This document shows, one piece after another, positions 51,543 to 61,927 of a DNA stretch of 63,920 nt; positions within the stretch are counted from its first letter, which is position 1, and each line of letters opens with the position of its first letter. Position numbers and translations under genes: made by a program. Below the pieces are notes generated by a model. The model was not told where the DNA came from and did no database searches. It was given only the letters and a program-made list of their open reading frames with translations. The DNA lies in IMG/VR virus record IMGVR_UViG_3300044464_000029, positions 1 through 63,920 of that record. One strand, 5' to 3'. The stretch is from a virus. Taxonomy: Duplodnaviria > Caudoviricetes.

Positions 51543-54500
51543 TTCCCAACATATCTAGGTTGACCTCCAAAGCTGGAGAGAAATAAGAGTCGACGCTGAT
51601 TGATTGTTGTTAGCAACAGTTCTGCACGTCTGGAATCTAGTCTGAACTTTCTCATGATGTCGGAACGACCAACGCCCATTGGGCCTGCTTGAATAGAAAA
51701 ATCAACAATTGCATCAATCATACGCTCGTCAGAACTCTTACCAATGCCATTAACCATTTCGCTTGCATATACGTGCCAGTGTCTACAGTAATAAATAGCA
51801 TGAACAATATCTCTTTCTTCTACAGTTACAGATCCTCCATCTAGTTGTTGCGATGCTGCAATCAATATTGCTGCTTTGAGTGTTGACTTTGCCAACCTGT
51901 CATATACTGGAGTCAAATGTGGCAGTCCAGTATCTAGTGCGGCATTTGTTAAAGTGTTTTCCAATTGATTGTACCGTTCCCAAGCCTCTGGTGTCAACGT
52001 TGCATCGAATTCAGGACGCAAACTCGCTGTTGATTTTCCATCTGGCATGAGAACCATACGAGGACTATTATATTGCATGTCTATGTTTATTAATTCATCC
52101 TTGATTAGATTACGCTCTTCATGAGTTACTTTAACTGGCGGGCCCACAGGGCGTACTCTGTCTCGATCTGCTACTGCGGTAATGAATACAAATCTTGGAA
52201 TGAATCCACTATTTACATGTTCTTCACTCAACAACATTTGCATCTTTGTCTTGACACCACCAGCAAAGATGATGAGTCGTGGATCTCTGATTGAAATTTC
52301 TTCTTTACGAAGCAAACGCTTTAGGTTTTGTCCGTCGTAAAGCTTAGTTAGTTGTTCGCCCAAACCAGCCATGTAATCTTTGTGAGCCATCTGCTCGATT
52401 AGACCAGTGAACTCATCACGCAAATAGATTGATGGCTTCTTTGGCCTATCCTTCATTGCAGATAGAATACCTTCAGGTGAACCATCGGTACCCATAATGG
52501 CATCGGGATTGACTTCATCCAACAATGACATTGCAATATTCATGGCAGTAGTATTATGCGTTAGAATAAAATCATCTGTAATGTACAAACCATCTTCGTT
52601 GTCTACTTTAATACATTGCATTGGTTTTTGTCCAACGTGTTCTATTTTTTTAATAACACGTGGACGAGCCCACGATCTGTTATTTAGTCTTATTGCTTTT
52701 CTTGATAAAGAAAATGGATTAATTCCCATTGGCATTGATACACTAACCAAATGGCTATCTTTGCATTTTATAAAATTGCCATCTATATCATTATATCCAG
52801 CTTCATGTCCTCCATCATATTTGCTCCAACCTCCAAGAGATCTCACCAAATATTGAACCTGCAATGCAAGTTTCTTAGAGCTTGAAGCAAAATTTGTAGA
52901 TCTGTTTTCTCCGACCCATCCATCAGTATCCATTAGTCCACGAAGTAGAGCTAATCTTTGATCTGCCGATCCTAACCAATAATTTTTAGGTATAAATTTC
53001 TCATGACTATGAGTTCCACGTAGACCCAAAACTTTTATTGCATTACTAACATAATTTTCTTTACTCCAACGGCTCATTCTTGTAGTTATTCTATAATCAA
53101 CACCATCATTTGATACTTTATCCAAATACAATTCATGTTCTTTTATTTTTTCTCTAATTGTAAATAGTACTTCTTCGTCAATACCTGAAAATCTTATGCT
53201 ACCATCATCGTAAAATGTGCCATTACCAAGAAGCAATCCTAACAAATATGGATCTAATATTAAATCTTGAGTTGGCAATTGAACTGGTTCAACCATTGGA
53301 ATTTGTCTAACCCATGTGCCATTATGATCTTGTAGTGGTGTAGACATTAGTTTTTTTAATGTCCAAGTAGACCATTTAGATTTTTTTCCTGGACGTTTGT
53401 GTGTCCATAGATGATCACTAGAACATTCAGTTTTTGCTCCATCATTAAATGTAACTTTATAGTTTTGTTTGACACCTTGAGGATAAATACCTAGAACTGT
53501 TGTAGGTTTACCATCACTACCAATTACTTGTTCCCCAATTTTAATATCACCCATCAACTTCCAACCGTTAATGGTCAAAATCTTTGCATCTAATGGTTGT
53601 GCTTTTCTTGTCAATGTTGTATCTGCAACAATCATAAACCAAAGATTAGGAATTACCATACCGAATGATGTATCGAGTTTAATTGCTCCACAGAGTATTG
53701 CACTGAGAATAACGAACGCACCAGCTTGATGGTACTGTGGCGCTGCGTCAGTTAGATCTGACGCCCACTTTATATATTTTTCTACAAAGGTTACTCTAGC
53801 CTGAACTTGCTTAACTTCCTCTTCTGAGATTAGTTCAGGAATCACTGCTGTGGGGGTTGGTATTAAGTTATGTGATTCAAATTCTTTTACATATACCTTC
53901 TTGATTTCAGCCCACAAATCTTTCTGTGGTCTACCATCTCGGGCATATTTGTTGCATGCAGCACTGCGTACTACAGAGAATGTTTCTTCTGGAGACATTC
54001 CAGCCTCGCTACAAAGCTTAGCGAGCTTCCACTGTAGCTTGCTCCAATCATCTTGTTCAGTTGGTTCTTCAACAAACAGACTATACGCACTTGGATGCAA
54101 CACCATGCGATAGCGTTGCATGATGTCTTCGGGGTTTTCCTGTGGGAGATCTTCAGGAAGCGGCACCGGATTATCAACGAACTTTAATGCATCATATGCT
54201 GGATATGCAACGAAATCTGAAGGACGATATAGAGCCGACGTTGTTGTCAGAACGGTAACAATAGGAGCAGTATGCAAATCACCATACTTGTAATTTGGCG
54301 TATAAGGCACACGCATTAGTTGAGTAAGATCCCAACCACTACGATCGGCGCCTTGATCTGCATGGAAATAAGCGATTTTCATGCATAATGTTTGTGCAGC
54401 GTCAGGCGATAGTGATTCTTCCATTCGCCAAAACGCTTGCCATCTTCCAGTACTAGATTGAACAACAATAGAAGCCGGCACTTGTAGAACCTGCGGATTG

Positions 54501-54811
54501 CAAGAATCTAGATCAGCCCAAAGTACTGGGCACCTGACAACATTCTCCTTTTTTCTCCTCTTGGCACCATCTAGAAGTTGAGGGCAAAAATATACGTGTG
54601 TAAGAGTCAAAGCTTTTTTGTCAATATCCGCACACATCTCTTCGAGCTGTGATGGATAGTGAAAGAACTTCTCAGTCATTCCCTTATCGAGATGACTCTT
54701 ATACGCTATACATACGTACCCAGATTCTTCGCCAAAAATGAGACGGAAGAAGTCATAGCGCCGTTTCTCTGTGTGTTCAACTGCATCCCGGAAGGTGGAG
54801 TATGCTGTCAT
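51539..54811 (-). CDS. Primase (RepB/AEP-like) fused to DUF3987-type P-loop helicase, with intein
   Basis: LWADLD, QSSTGRWQAFW, MRVPYTPNYK; TRK/TT P-loop variant; YLRDEF; SGFIPRF. Confidence 0.82.
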   Translation of the reverse strand: MTAYSTFRDAVEHTEKRRYDFFRLIFGEESGYVCIAYKSHLDKGMTEKFFHYPSQLEEMCADIDKKALTLTHVYFCPQLLDGAKRRKKENVVRCPVLWADLDSCNPQVLQVPASIVVQSSTGRWQAFWRMEESLSPDAAQTLCMKIAYFHADQGADRSGWDLTQLMRVPYTPNYKYGDLHTAPIVTVLTTTSALYRPSDFVAYPAYDALKFVDNPVPLPEDLPQENPEDIMQRYRMVLHPSAYSLFVEEPTEQDDWSKLQWKLAKLCSEAGMSPEETFSVVRSAACNKYARDGRPQKDLWAEIKKVYVKEFESHNLIPTPTAVIPELISEEEVKQVQARVTFVEKYIKWASDLTDAAPQYHQAGAFVILSAILCGAIKLDTSFGMVIPNLWFMIVADTTLTRKAQPLDAKILTINGWKLMGDIKIGEQVIGSDGKPTTVLGIYPQGVKQNYKVTFNDGAKTECSSDHLWTHKRPGKKSKWSTWTLKKLMSTPLQDHNGTWVRQIPMVEPVQLPTQDLILDPYLLGLLLGNGTFYDDGSIRFSGIDEEVLFTIREKIKEHELYLDKVSNDGVDYRITTRMSRWSKENYVSNAIKVLGLRGTHSHEKFIPKNYWLGSADQRLALLRGLMDTDGWVGENRSTNFASSSKKLALQVQYLVRSLGGWSKYDGGHEAGYNDIDGNFIKCKDSHLVSVSMPMGINPFSLSRKAIRLNNRSWARPRVIKKIEHVGQKPMQCIKVDNEDGLYITDDFILTHNTTAMNIAMSLLDEVNPDAIMGTDGSPEGILSAMKDRPKKPSIYLRDEFTGLIEQMAHKDYMAGLGEQLTKLYDGQNLKRLLRKEEISIRDPRLIIFAGGVKTKMQMLLSEEHVNSGFIPRFVFITAVADRDRVRPVGPPVKVTHEERNLIKDELINIDMQYNSPRMVLMPDGKSTASLRPEFDATLTPEAWERYNQLENTLTNAALDTGLPHLTPVYDRLAKSTLKAAILIAASQQLDGGSVTVEERDIVHAIYYCRHWHVYASEMVNGIGKSSDERMIDAIVDFSIQAGPMGVGRSDIMRKFRLDSRRAELLLTTINQRRLLFLSSFGGQPRYVGK
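52553..53602 (-). mobile_element. Class 3 intein with LAGLIDADG endonuclease (350 aa)
   Basis: Starts AQPLDA; W in HLWT, C in MQCIKV, T in THN; +1 Thr; GLMDTDG. Confidence 0.88.
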
Positions 54812-54897
54812 ACTTACCCCTTAGGATGACAGAAGCCAGCCCATACCTACTATCAATAGATATGGACTGGCCTCTTAAACAATTAACGATTTAGATA

Positions 54898-55362
54898 TTA
54901 AGGGAGAATTGAAGAGCTTGCAGCTTTTGCAGTTGTCTTATTTGCTTTCTTGTATCCCTTGATTTCAAATCGTTCAGAGAGCTCTTGACCATCTGGAAGA
55001 GTGCGAGGAGGCATCTTCTGTCCACGTACGTTTACAACCTTGCCGATAACATCATCTAGATCTGGAACTACAAAGTCACCAGAAGTAATGTCATAATCGA
55101 GTGCCTTCATGAGCTGCGCGAAAGAATAGAGCGCACCATCGAAAAGCATGATTGAACTCATAAGGGAAACGCCGTCGTATTGACCTTCTTGAATGACCAT
55201 CTTGATCTGCCAAAACGGCTTGCCAGTGTTCTTACGACCCGGCTTAACTTCCTTGAGTTCTCCGTCAGTAATCGCGACGGTGTACTCTCCAGTGGGAGGA
55301 ATCTCTCTTACAGAAGAACCAGCTTCTTCACTAGAAAAGTTAACCTTGAGTGGTTGAGTCAT
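54898..55362 (-). CDS. DUF669-like ssDNA-binding protein
   Basis: IPPTGEY.V.I pattern; adjacent to AAA_24 ATPase. Confidence 0.7.
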   Translation of the reverse strand: MTQPLKVNFSSEEAGSSVREIPPTGEYTVAITDGELKEVKPGRKNTGKPFWQIKMVIQEGQYDGVSLMSSIMLFDGALYSFAQLMKALDYDITSGDFVVPDLDDVIGKVVNVRGQKMPPRTLPDGQELSERFEIKGYKKANKTTAKAASSSILP

Positions 55363-56101
55363 TTTCTTTTAACCCCTTGATCGTATTCCAGATATCTGAC
55401 ATTGTTGGTTTTTGTATTACTTGTTCTAGCCTGCCGGTGCGGTCTTTAGCTACGTTGTCTTGGGTTGCACCACACAGTAACATTCGCGTTTGCTCCCCGT
55501 CGACCTCCTTGGTATATAGATAAGCTACTATATCAAGAAAGCCTGCTACCTCGTCCGCAACTTTACCTGATAAAGATGGTTTGGTTTTACTAGCCCCAGT
55601 ACGTTGATTTTTATCTGTTTTAGCTAGAGCCGTGAATACTGTGTTTAATGGCAGATCTCGTAATGCACGAACAAACTTCCGAGTTTGTTCGATATTAATG
55701 TTCCACTCGCGAATGCCTGGTACGTCTGCGTCACGCTCTTCATGTTCTTTAATGAGCCTGCGCATGACTTCATCCATCGACATCTTTTGTGCTTCAGTTA
55801 GACTATCAACTACAATGGTGTTGTAACCATGATTCCCATTGGCCAACTCATCGTAGACACTCTGCATATCTATCCATGACCTGATTCGAACAGCATCTAC
55901 ATTTGGATAGATTGACTTTAAAGAAAGAAGTCCACCTTCAATATCCAAGACTAGAACTTTACGCATTTCAGGTACGGCATCTGATGATCCGGATAATGTG
56001 GTTTTACCTGCACCAGATTCTCCGTAAATCATCATATTCACATGAAATGGTTGTTCTGAAACTCTTGTAACTGGTAGACCTGCGATGGCATTCAGCGACA
56101 T
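55340..56101 (-). CDS. AAA_24 / Sak4-like ATPase
   Basis: YGESGAGKTT, LDIEGG, VVDSLTE and AKDR motifs. Confidence 0.85.
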   Translation of the reverse strand: MSLNAIAGLPVTRVSEQPFHVNMMIYGESGAGKTTLSGSSDAVPEMRKVLVLDIEGGLLSLKSIYPNVDAVRIRSWIDMQSVYDELANGNHGYNTIVVDSLTEAQKMSMDEVMRRLIKEHEERDADVPGIREWNINIEQTRKFVRALRDLPLNTVFTALAKTDKNQRTGASKTKPSLSGKVADEVAGFLDIVAYLYTKEVDGEQTRMLLCGATQDNVAKDRTGRLEQVIQKPTMSDIWNTIKGLKENDSTTQG

Positions 56102-56234
56102 TGAAATTCCTTAATATCACTTTTGTCCGAATTGATACGATTCAGGTGTGTATTCTTTGGTCCCTTAGTCTACCATCGCAGGGCTGACCAGCGCAAGAGG
56201 CCATTGATCAGTTTCTGTCTATGCAATTTTTGCT

Positions 56235-56408
56235 TTATTCTTCGTCTTCTTCGTCATCATCTTCTTCGTCATCGTCTTCAGTTTCTTCATCGTCGTCTTC
56301 ATCGTTGCCTTCAGCAACGTCGTTCTCATTGTCTTCGATAGGACTGAGATTGAACGGTCTAACCTCAGCAACTTCATTCATGTTCTTAGATGGATCCTGT
56401 TCACTCAT
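56235..56408 (-). CDS. 57-aa protein with poly-acidic tail (not in ORF track)
   Basis: MSEQDPSKN...DEDDDEETEDDDEEDDDEEDEE; AAGGA RBS. Confidence 0.65.
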   Translation of the reverse strand: MSEQDPSKNMNEVAEVRPFNLSPIEDNENDVAEGNDEDDDEETEDDDEEDDDEEDEE

Positions 56409-56843
56409 TTATTTCTTCCTTTACTTCAGTTGTAATAGTTGTTACTACAATAGGCAATCTATGTAGGCAGTCACACCAGGTGCCACCCTTACAATTCTTG
56501 GGTTGCCCTTGATGGACAACACCCTTGCAAGCATTGCAAACCATATTACCTCCCAGTTGGGTTTTCCAAGTCTGTATAACGCTTGTGCCATTTGCTAAGT
56601 CTAGCTGCTTCTCTTTCATCTTCCATCTGAGTATAAAGATGAGACATGCAATACGTACCACTCTTAGCATAACGACTGTTTCGTAATGCAGTAAATCTCC
56701 AGTAAGCAATAGCTCTACAAGCAAATCTCAAAGTGATTTCTGCACGTTGTTCATCAGTGCCTGTATACAACTTTAGTGGTGCATTGTGTCTTGTCGAATC
56801 ACAAGTAGTTGAATTCTTAAGTCGCTTTATCCAAGGTACTTTT

Positions 56844-57365
56844 TCAAGAAAAATTCTTCGAGTTGACATTGCTAATGTGATACCACGCTTCCTTTAACCA
56901 TTGTGCATCAGCCAAAGCATCGTGTGCCCCCTGTGGGTCCTGTACAGGTAGCTCTGGATTTCCTTGATAGTACTGAAAGGTCTTAAGATCATTGGTGAAC
57001 ATCGGAAAACCATTGGGCAGTTCCATCATTCGACCAAAGAGCTGACACAACACTACGTGATCGTAAGCACCATAGTAAGCCCACAGACGTGGGTTGGTTT
57101 CGCGAAGAACGAAGTTTCGCACTTCTTCCGCAATCAAGCTACGACTCTTCACATCAGGGTGATTGAAATCAAGCATTGTATCTTTGGTTGGCAGATGTGG
57201 AACTACATTCTCCACCAACCAATCGTACTTGAGAATATCACTCCATGGCATGGTTGAATTAATTGCATAGTAAGTATCACCATACTCATTAACCATACCA
57301 ATTGAGATCAACTCGATCGTCTTACCATTCTCAAGGAATTCTGTATCATAAAAAATCTTACCCAT
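56844..57365 (-). CDS. DEDD 3'-5' exoribonuclease (Rv2179c/RNase AS-like)
   Basis: FYDTEF, LISIG, AYYGAYD and HDALADA motifs. Confidence 0.85.
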   Translation of the reverse strand: MGKIFYDTEFLENGKTIELISIGMVNEYGDTYYAINSTMPWSDILKYDWLVENVVPHLPTKDTMLDFNHPDVKSRSLIAEEVRNFVLRETNPRLWAYYGAYDHVVLCQLFGRMMELPNGFPMFTNDLKTFQYYQGNPELPVQDPQGAHDALADAQWLKEAWYHISNVNSKNFS

Positions 57366-58125
57366 TATTCTCCTAATAAGGCTCGACGTAGATTTAATGT
57401 TTTGTTCTGTGATTTCTTACGATCAAGTGTACCAATGATAACTTGTCCAGGTGACAAAGCATCATGACTCCAGGTTCCATCACGAAGTCTCCAAATTACC
57501 AACTGAAGATGTGGCCAGATTGGATGCACTGTTTGTGCAACAAACGTGTGACCATCGATAATAGAGCCTGGCACTAAATCAATCACCTTCAATTCTGAAT
57601 TTCCTAAAGCTATTCGTGCTTCAACAAGCTTCTGTAGTTCGTCTTTCTCTTCTAGGAGCTCTGCATATAAACGAGGTACTTTTGGAAAATCTCTATCAGA
57701 CATTATTATCCTATCTTATTAATCCCAAAAGCAATCTTCAATGCTACTATAAGCCTAGTAACTTCTTCCTCATTGATTGTATCAACACCTGTTAGAACAT
57801 GAATCTTTATTCCTGTTGGACCTGTTGATAATTCAGTTCGACCAGATTCAGAACGAAACAATAGTCGAGTTGGATTTTCGTTTTCATTACTAAGTGGCTG
57901 TGTCATTCAGTGTTCACTTTCTTCAATTAATGCTTTATGCATCACCGTAACTAGTCTGGCAAGTGCACTCAATGGAGAATCACCATCTGCATCCCAATTA
58001 CCATCGTTGGTACATGCATACCAATAACCTTGAGGATGCATTCTGGTTTCATTGTCAGCAAATGTGAGTTCAAAACCTGGTTTATCTTTATCCATTATTC
58101 TGTACTCGCTTCTTTCTCCTCCCAA
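57365..58125 (-). other. Three hypothetical genes (57365-57703, 57706-57906, 57907-58125)
   Basis: Packed minus-strand ORFs. Confidence 0.6.
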
Positions 58126-59378
58126 TAATGTAGCGTTTTCTTATCAAAAAGCGTTTTTAATGTATAAACAAAATCTTCACCCATGTTGAGTCCAAGACAT
58201 GGCTGCTTAAACATGCACCAGTTACAACTGAATCGTCCTGGCATAGGATACACCCGAGGATTGCCAATCATATCTTTGGCTTCGAGTGCAATAACTTCAC
58301 CAACGTTTTTGATTTCATTTGCATTCTTGTGTATCTTATTACGTTGTGTAAACTTTGGTCCATCAGTTTGTAGCCAACTTAAATACTTATCATACAAACC
58401 CATTTGCCAACCATCAGGATCACCCTTTTGAAAGATTGGTTTGGCTAATTCATACGTAGTCATAAACTGTCTAGATGTTGAATACAGCTTGCCTTGATAT
58501 TTGCGAGTGAGCAGTTCTGGCTCCATTGGATATGTCTTCTTGATTTCAACATAAACAAAGCCAGCACAATCGATACCATATTTATGTAGAGCCCACAGGT
58601 AAGTTGCTACTTGATCGTCTAATTGTAGAAAGGACGCTTCAGCGTCTTCATCTAGAAGTCTAGCCGTCGTTTTCCAATCAGCAATCCAATATCTTCCAGT
58701 ATCATCTTGGAACAAGGCATCCAGACGTCCACCGTATGTTACCGGCAATCCATTCCAAACAACATTTCTATACAATTTTTCGTTAAGAGCTACTTCTCTG
58801 TCTTCAGCACTTAAGCTCTCTTGCCATTTGTCGTGATGTTCAATGCCTGCCTGAGATTTCTGCCAACGCTTCCAGCATGGATCACACTTACACCACATCT
58901 GTGTACCAGTATCAGGATCATCCAATGGTACTTCAAATGATACTTCTACTCTAACGGGTGTCCAACCCTTGTCATAGTGTGGCGTCATGTTGTTACAATA
59001 GTATTTGATCATGTTTAGACCAAGTTCAAGACGATCCTTATACGATTGAAGAATTAGCACGTCTGGATCTATGTTCATTTTTCGGTAGCTTTTTAGCTGT
59101 TCTGCGCACTTCCGCTTGAAGGCTACCAACGCCAGTCCGGTACGAATTTCCAACGGGTCGGTCCAGGTACGGGGCTCGTAAAAAATTTCCATAGCTTCAT
59201 GGAAAGCCACCCCAAACTCTAATGGTTCAGGCGTTGTCTGCGGATAATACATATCCCGATAGACCCATGACCATCTTCTACGACAAGAACGCCAAGCTCG
59301 ACGCTCTGACGTGTGGATTTGATGGGACAGATGCCTATCTAAATACCACTGGATTTCTTCAGGAACTACGAGAGGCAT
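58095..59378 (-). CDS. PD-(D/E)xK Cas4/RecB-like exonuclease
   Basis: FGVAFH, GRLD, IADWKT, Q..TY and C-terminal CNWCMFKQPC. Confidence 0.85.
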   Translation of the reverse strand: MPLVVPEEIQWYLDRHLSHQIHTSERRAWRSCRRRWSWVYRDMYYPQTTPEPLEFGVAFHEAMEIFYEPRTWTDPLEIRTGLALVAFKRKCAEQLKSYRKMNIDPDVLILQSYKDRLELGLNMIKYYCNNMTPHYDKGWTPVRVEVSFEVPLDDPDTGTQMWCKCDPCWKRWQKSQAGIEHHDKWQESLSAEDREVALNEKLYRNVVWNGLPVTYGGRLDALFQDDTGRYWIADWKTTARLLDEDAEASFLQLDDQVATYLWALHKYGIDCAGFVYVEIKKTYPMEPELLTRKYQGKLYSTSRQFMTTYELAKPIFQKGDPDGWQMGLYDKYLSWLQTDGPKFTQRNKIHKNANEIKNVGEVIALEAKDMIGNPRVYPMPGRFSCNWCMFKQPCLGLNMGEDFVYTLKTLFDKKTLHYWEEKEASTE

Positions 59379-59769
59379 TTGTTATCCTTTGTTAAGTTTC
59401 CATGACCACACATAGGTTGTCCTATGTATGATCAAAGCAACTTATTTTGCTAGATTGTGCATCTTATCATAGTGTCCGATGTGGAATGGAACGTTGTTCA
59501 TGGCGGGTCTATATGGATTAGCATTTAGATCATATCTTTGTATCTTTTGCCAAAACCATATCTTCTTACCACACTGCCCACAAATCATATTACACCTTAG
59601 AATGGTTTATTTGTATCTGTTCTTCCATCGCCTTCATCATACTTGATGTGCTTGTCAGATGCTAGATCTGCTTTCCAAGCGGCAGCACTACCAGAATGAC
59701 CACAAGAACATATCCAATAGCATCGTTCATCTTTGTCTTCTGGATAAGTATATATTTTATGTTCAGTCA

Positions 59770-60792
59770 TTATGCTGCCAGATAAAGATACTTAGTGCCA
59801 GCCTTCAACTTACGATTGACAGAAGTAGACTGTACGTATACTGCATAGTCGGCATTGAAATCTGGTCTAACGCGAACTTCTGCATCTGGTAGATTAAGCA
59901 TGTTACGAGCATCTGCACCTACATAAACCTTAGCACGCGGACCACGTTCTACAATTGCGATGACCTTCTGTGGCTGAATAGTTTCAGTCTTACTCAGCTC
60001 ATAGAAGCCCTGGCCAATAATGTATTGGAACCCACAGTCAACAGTGAACTGTCTAATCTCTACATCATATGGAACTGGTACTAGCTTATACTTACTAGCA
60101 GCAAGAGGTTTGAGTCCTGCCTGCTTGATTGTAATCTTGTTAACAGTCTGGGCATCTGTTGAGAATAGTCCTGTGGTGGATCGAATACCAGTTGCCCGAC
60201 TAGTCATGTAATTGTCAGTAGCAACGCGGATACGCTTGCCAACCTCTTCAACACCAAGCTTGGAAGTTGCATCCCAAATCTCAATGTTGCCTGGAGGAAA
60301 TCCAAAACGCTTTGCTTCGAACTTTCCATGTGAATCTGGAACTAGTGCTGCAAGAGTCCAATTGTCTGGAAGTTTCTCGATATGTTCCTTAAGACTACTT
60401 GATGTACTATCGCTACCATTCTCCTGTCCATCAGTCAGAACGTAGACAAGGAATGAGTGGTCGCCATAACGTTCTGGAATTTCTTTTAAATCATCAATAG
60501 TCTTGACAGTAGCATCGATTAACGCAGTGTTTCCATATGGCTTATAGTAGTTAGCAATACTTGGAAGTCGTAGTACATCCATATCCCATACAACACAATT
60601 AATATCGTGAGTATAGGAGAAGGTCCAAACTGAGATCCTTGTTTCTTGATCTAGTTCCTTTGAACGCTGAGCTAGATAAGAAATCTGCGCATCAGCAACT
60701 TGGATGAGACTTTGTGCTACGTTAGTCATTGAGCTAGAAGCATCCAGTACTAGCCCGATGTGATTGATAATGTTTGCTGGTTTGTTTTTCAT
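59770..60792 (-). CDS. vWA-domain protein
   Basis: MIDAS motif VLDASSSM, TALIDA, LTDGQEN; start after AAGGA. Confidence 0.8.
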   Translation of the reverse strand: MKNKPANIINHIGLVLDASSSMTNVAQSLIQVADAQISYLAQRSKELDQETRISVWTFSYTHDINCVVWDMDVLRLPSIANYYKPYGNTALIDATVKTIDDLKEIPERYGDHSFLVYVLTDGQENGSDSTSSSLKEHIEKLPDNWTLAALVPDSHGKFEAKRFGFPPGNIEIWDATSKLGVEEVGKRIRVATDNYMTSRATGIRSTTGLFSTDAQTVNKITIKQAGLKPLAASKYKLVPVPYDVEIRQFTVDCGFQYIIGQGFYELSKTETIQPQKVIAIVERGPRAKVYVGADARNMLNLPDAEVRVRPDFNADYAVYVQSTSVNRKLKAGTKYLYLAA

Positions 60793-61027
60793 ATTTTTCC
60801 TTAATGTTAAAGTGTCCATGTGCACGTACGTACTCATTAAATCAAATGTGCACGTACGTGGTCAAAGAAACTTTACGTTGCTGGTGTTTGTATATTTAGA
60901 ATCCAATTCCAGAACCCAGCCCAAACCTCTGGTACTCCGGCCCTGATCATGACCAATATTGCTAGAAATCCAATTACCATTAGGATCTTCTTGAAAGTTC
61001 CCAAAATTCATATCCAATCTTAAATTG

Positions 61028-61237
61028 TTATTTCTTAATTATAATGCTAACAGAAGGTTGTGGACCACTTGGACTAGTGTTAGGTTTACCTGTTTGATTC
61101 GGACAGGCATTGTCTGCACCGGGTGGTGGATGACAAATTGTATCATCGCCACACTTAGCTGCCATACCAAGCACAGTAAGTACTAATGCTGTAATGGCAA
61201 TTGAGATCTTAGTGATCTCCTTTTTCCCAATAGCCAT
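61028..61237 (-). CDS. Small secreted/lipoprotein-like protein
   Basis: Basic N-terminus, hydrophobic helix, MAAKC then Pro-rich tail. Confidence 0.45.
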   Translation of the reverse strand: MAIGKKEITKISIAITALVLTVLGMAAKCGDDTICHPPPGADNACPNQTGKPNTSPSGPQPSVSIIIKK

Positions 61238-61927
61238 GACTTGGTCCTTCCTCTTCCCAGTCCTGTTGTAGTTCATCTTCGTCTGCATCTGGCTTAGCGG
61301 TCGATTCTTTTTCACCATTGTCAAATGCTTTGACTACATCTTCAACTGGTTCATCTTCTTCGTAGAAATCATTGACTACAGTATCGTCGTCACGTTGCAA
61401 ATATTCCGCAACACCTTCAACATCTACAGCAGTTGAATCATTCTCCACTACTACACCAGCGAACTCAAGCTTAGCAGCTTGAATACCTTGATAGTTTTCA
61501 CATTCGACTGGACCACTATACCAGGTAAACGAGCAACCGCAACCAGCTTCACCTTTGACGTGATTCCAACCACCTGCTACGTGCGCGATCCACTCGGTAG
61601 TACCGCTGGCGCCAAAAAATTTCTGTATAAATTCTATCCAATTTTCATTAGTAATCATTTTTCCGACTTCTTTTTAGGTAAGTGAGTTGCTAATTCAACA
61701 AGAGATTCACAAAAATTTACAATTGCATCATTGAATTGATCTCTTACTTGTTTTCTTTCAAGCCATTCATTATGTAACTCAACGATATGTTCAGCTAGTT
61801 CTTTGGTATCAAACTCAGAAATTAAATAATGTAAATTTTCCGAACTCATCACTAGCCATCTTGATTCGGATTCGAATTCTGAATCAGATTGCAACCACCA
61901 TTGACAATTTATATCGTCACGCATCAA
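61209..61927 (-). other. Two hypothetical acidic genes (61209-61658, 61655-61927)
   Basis: Overlapping minus-strand ORFs. Confidence 0.6.

Noticed and set aside
56221-56466. Plus-strand poly-Ser ORF
   Set aside because: It is the antisense shadow of the Asp/Glu-rich minus-strand ORF 56235-56408.
58095-59378. Cas4-like nuclease as evidence of a CRISPR system
   Set aside because: Stand-alone Cas4/RecB-like nucleases are ordinary in phage recombination modules; no array or other cas genes.
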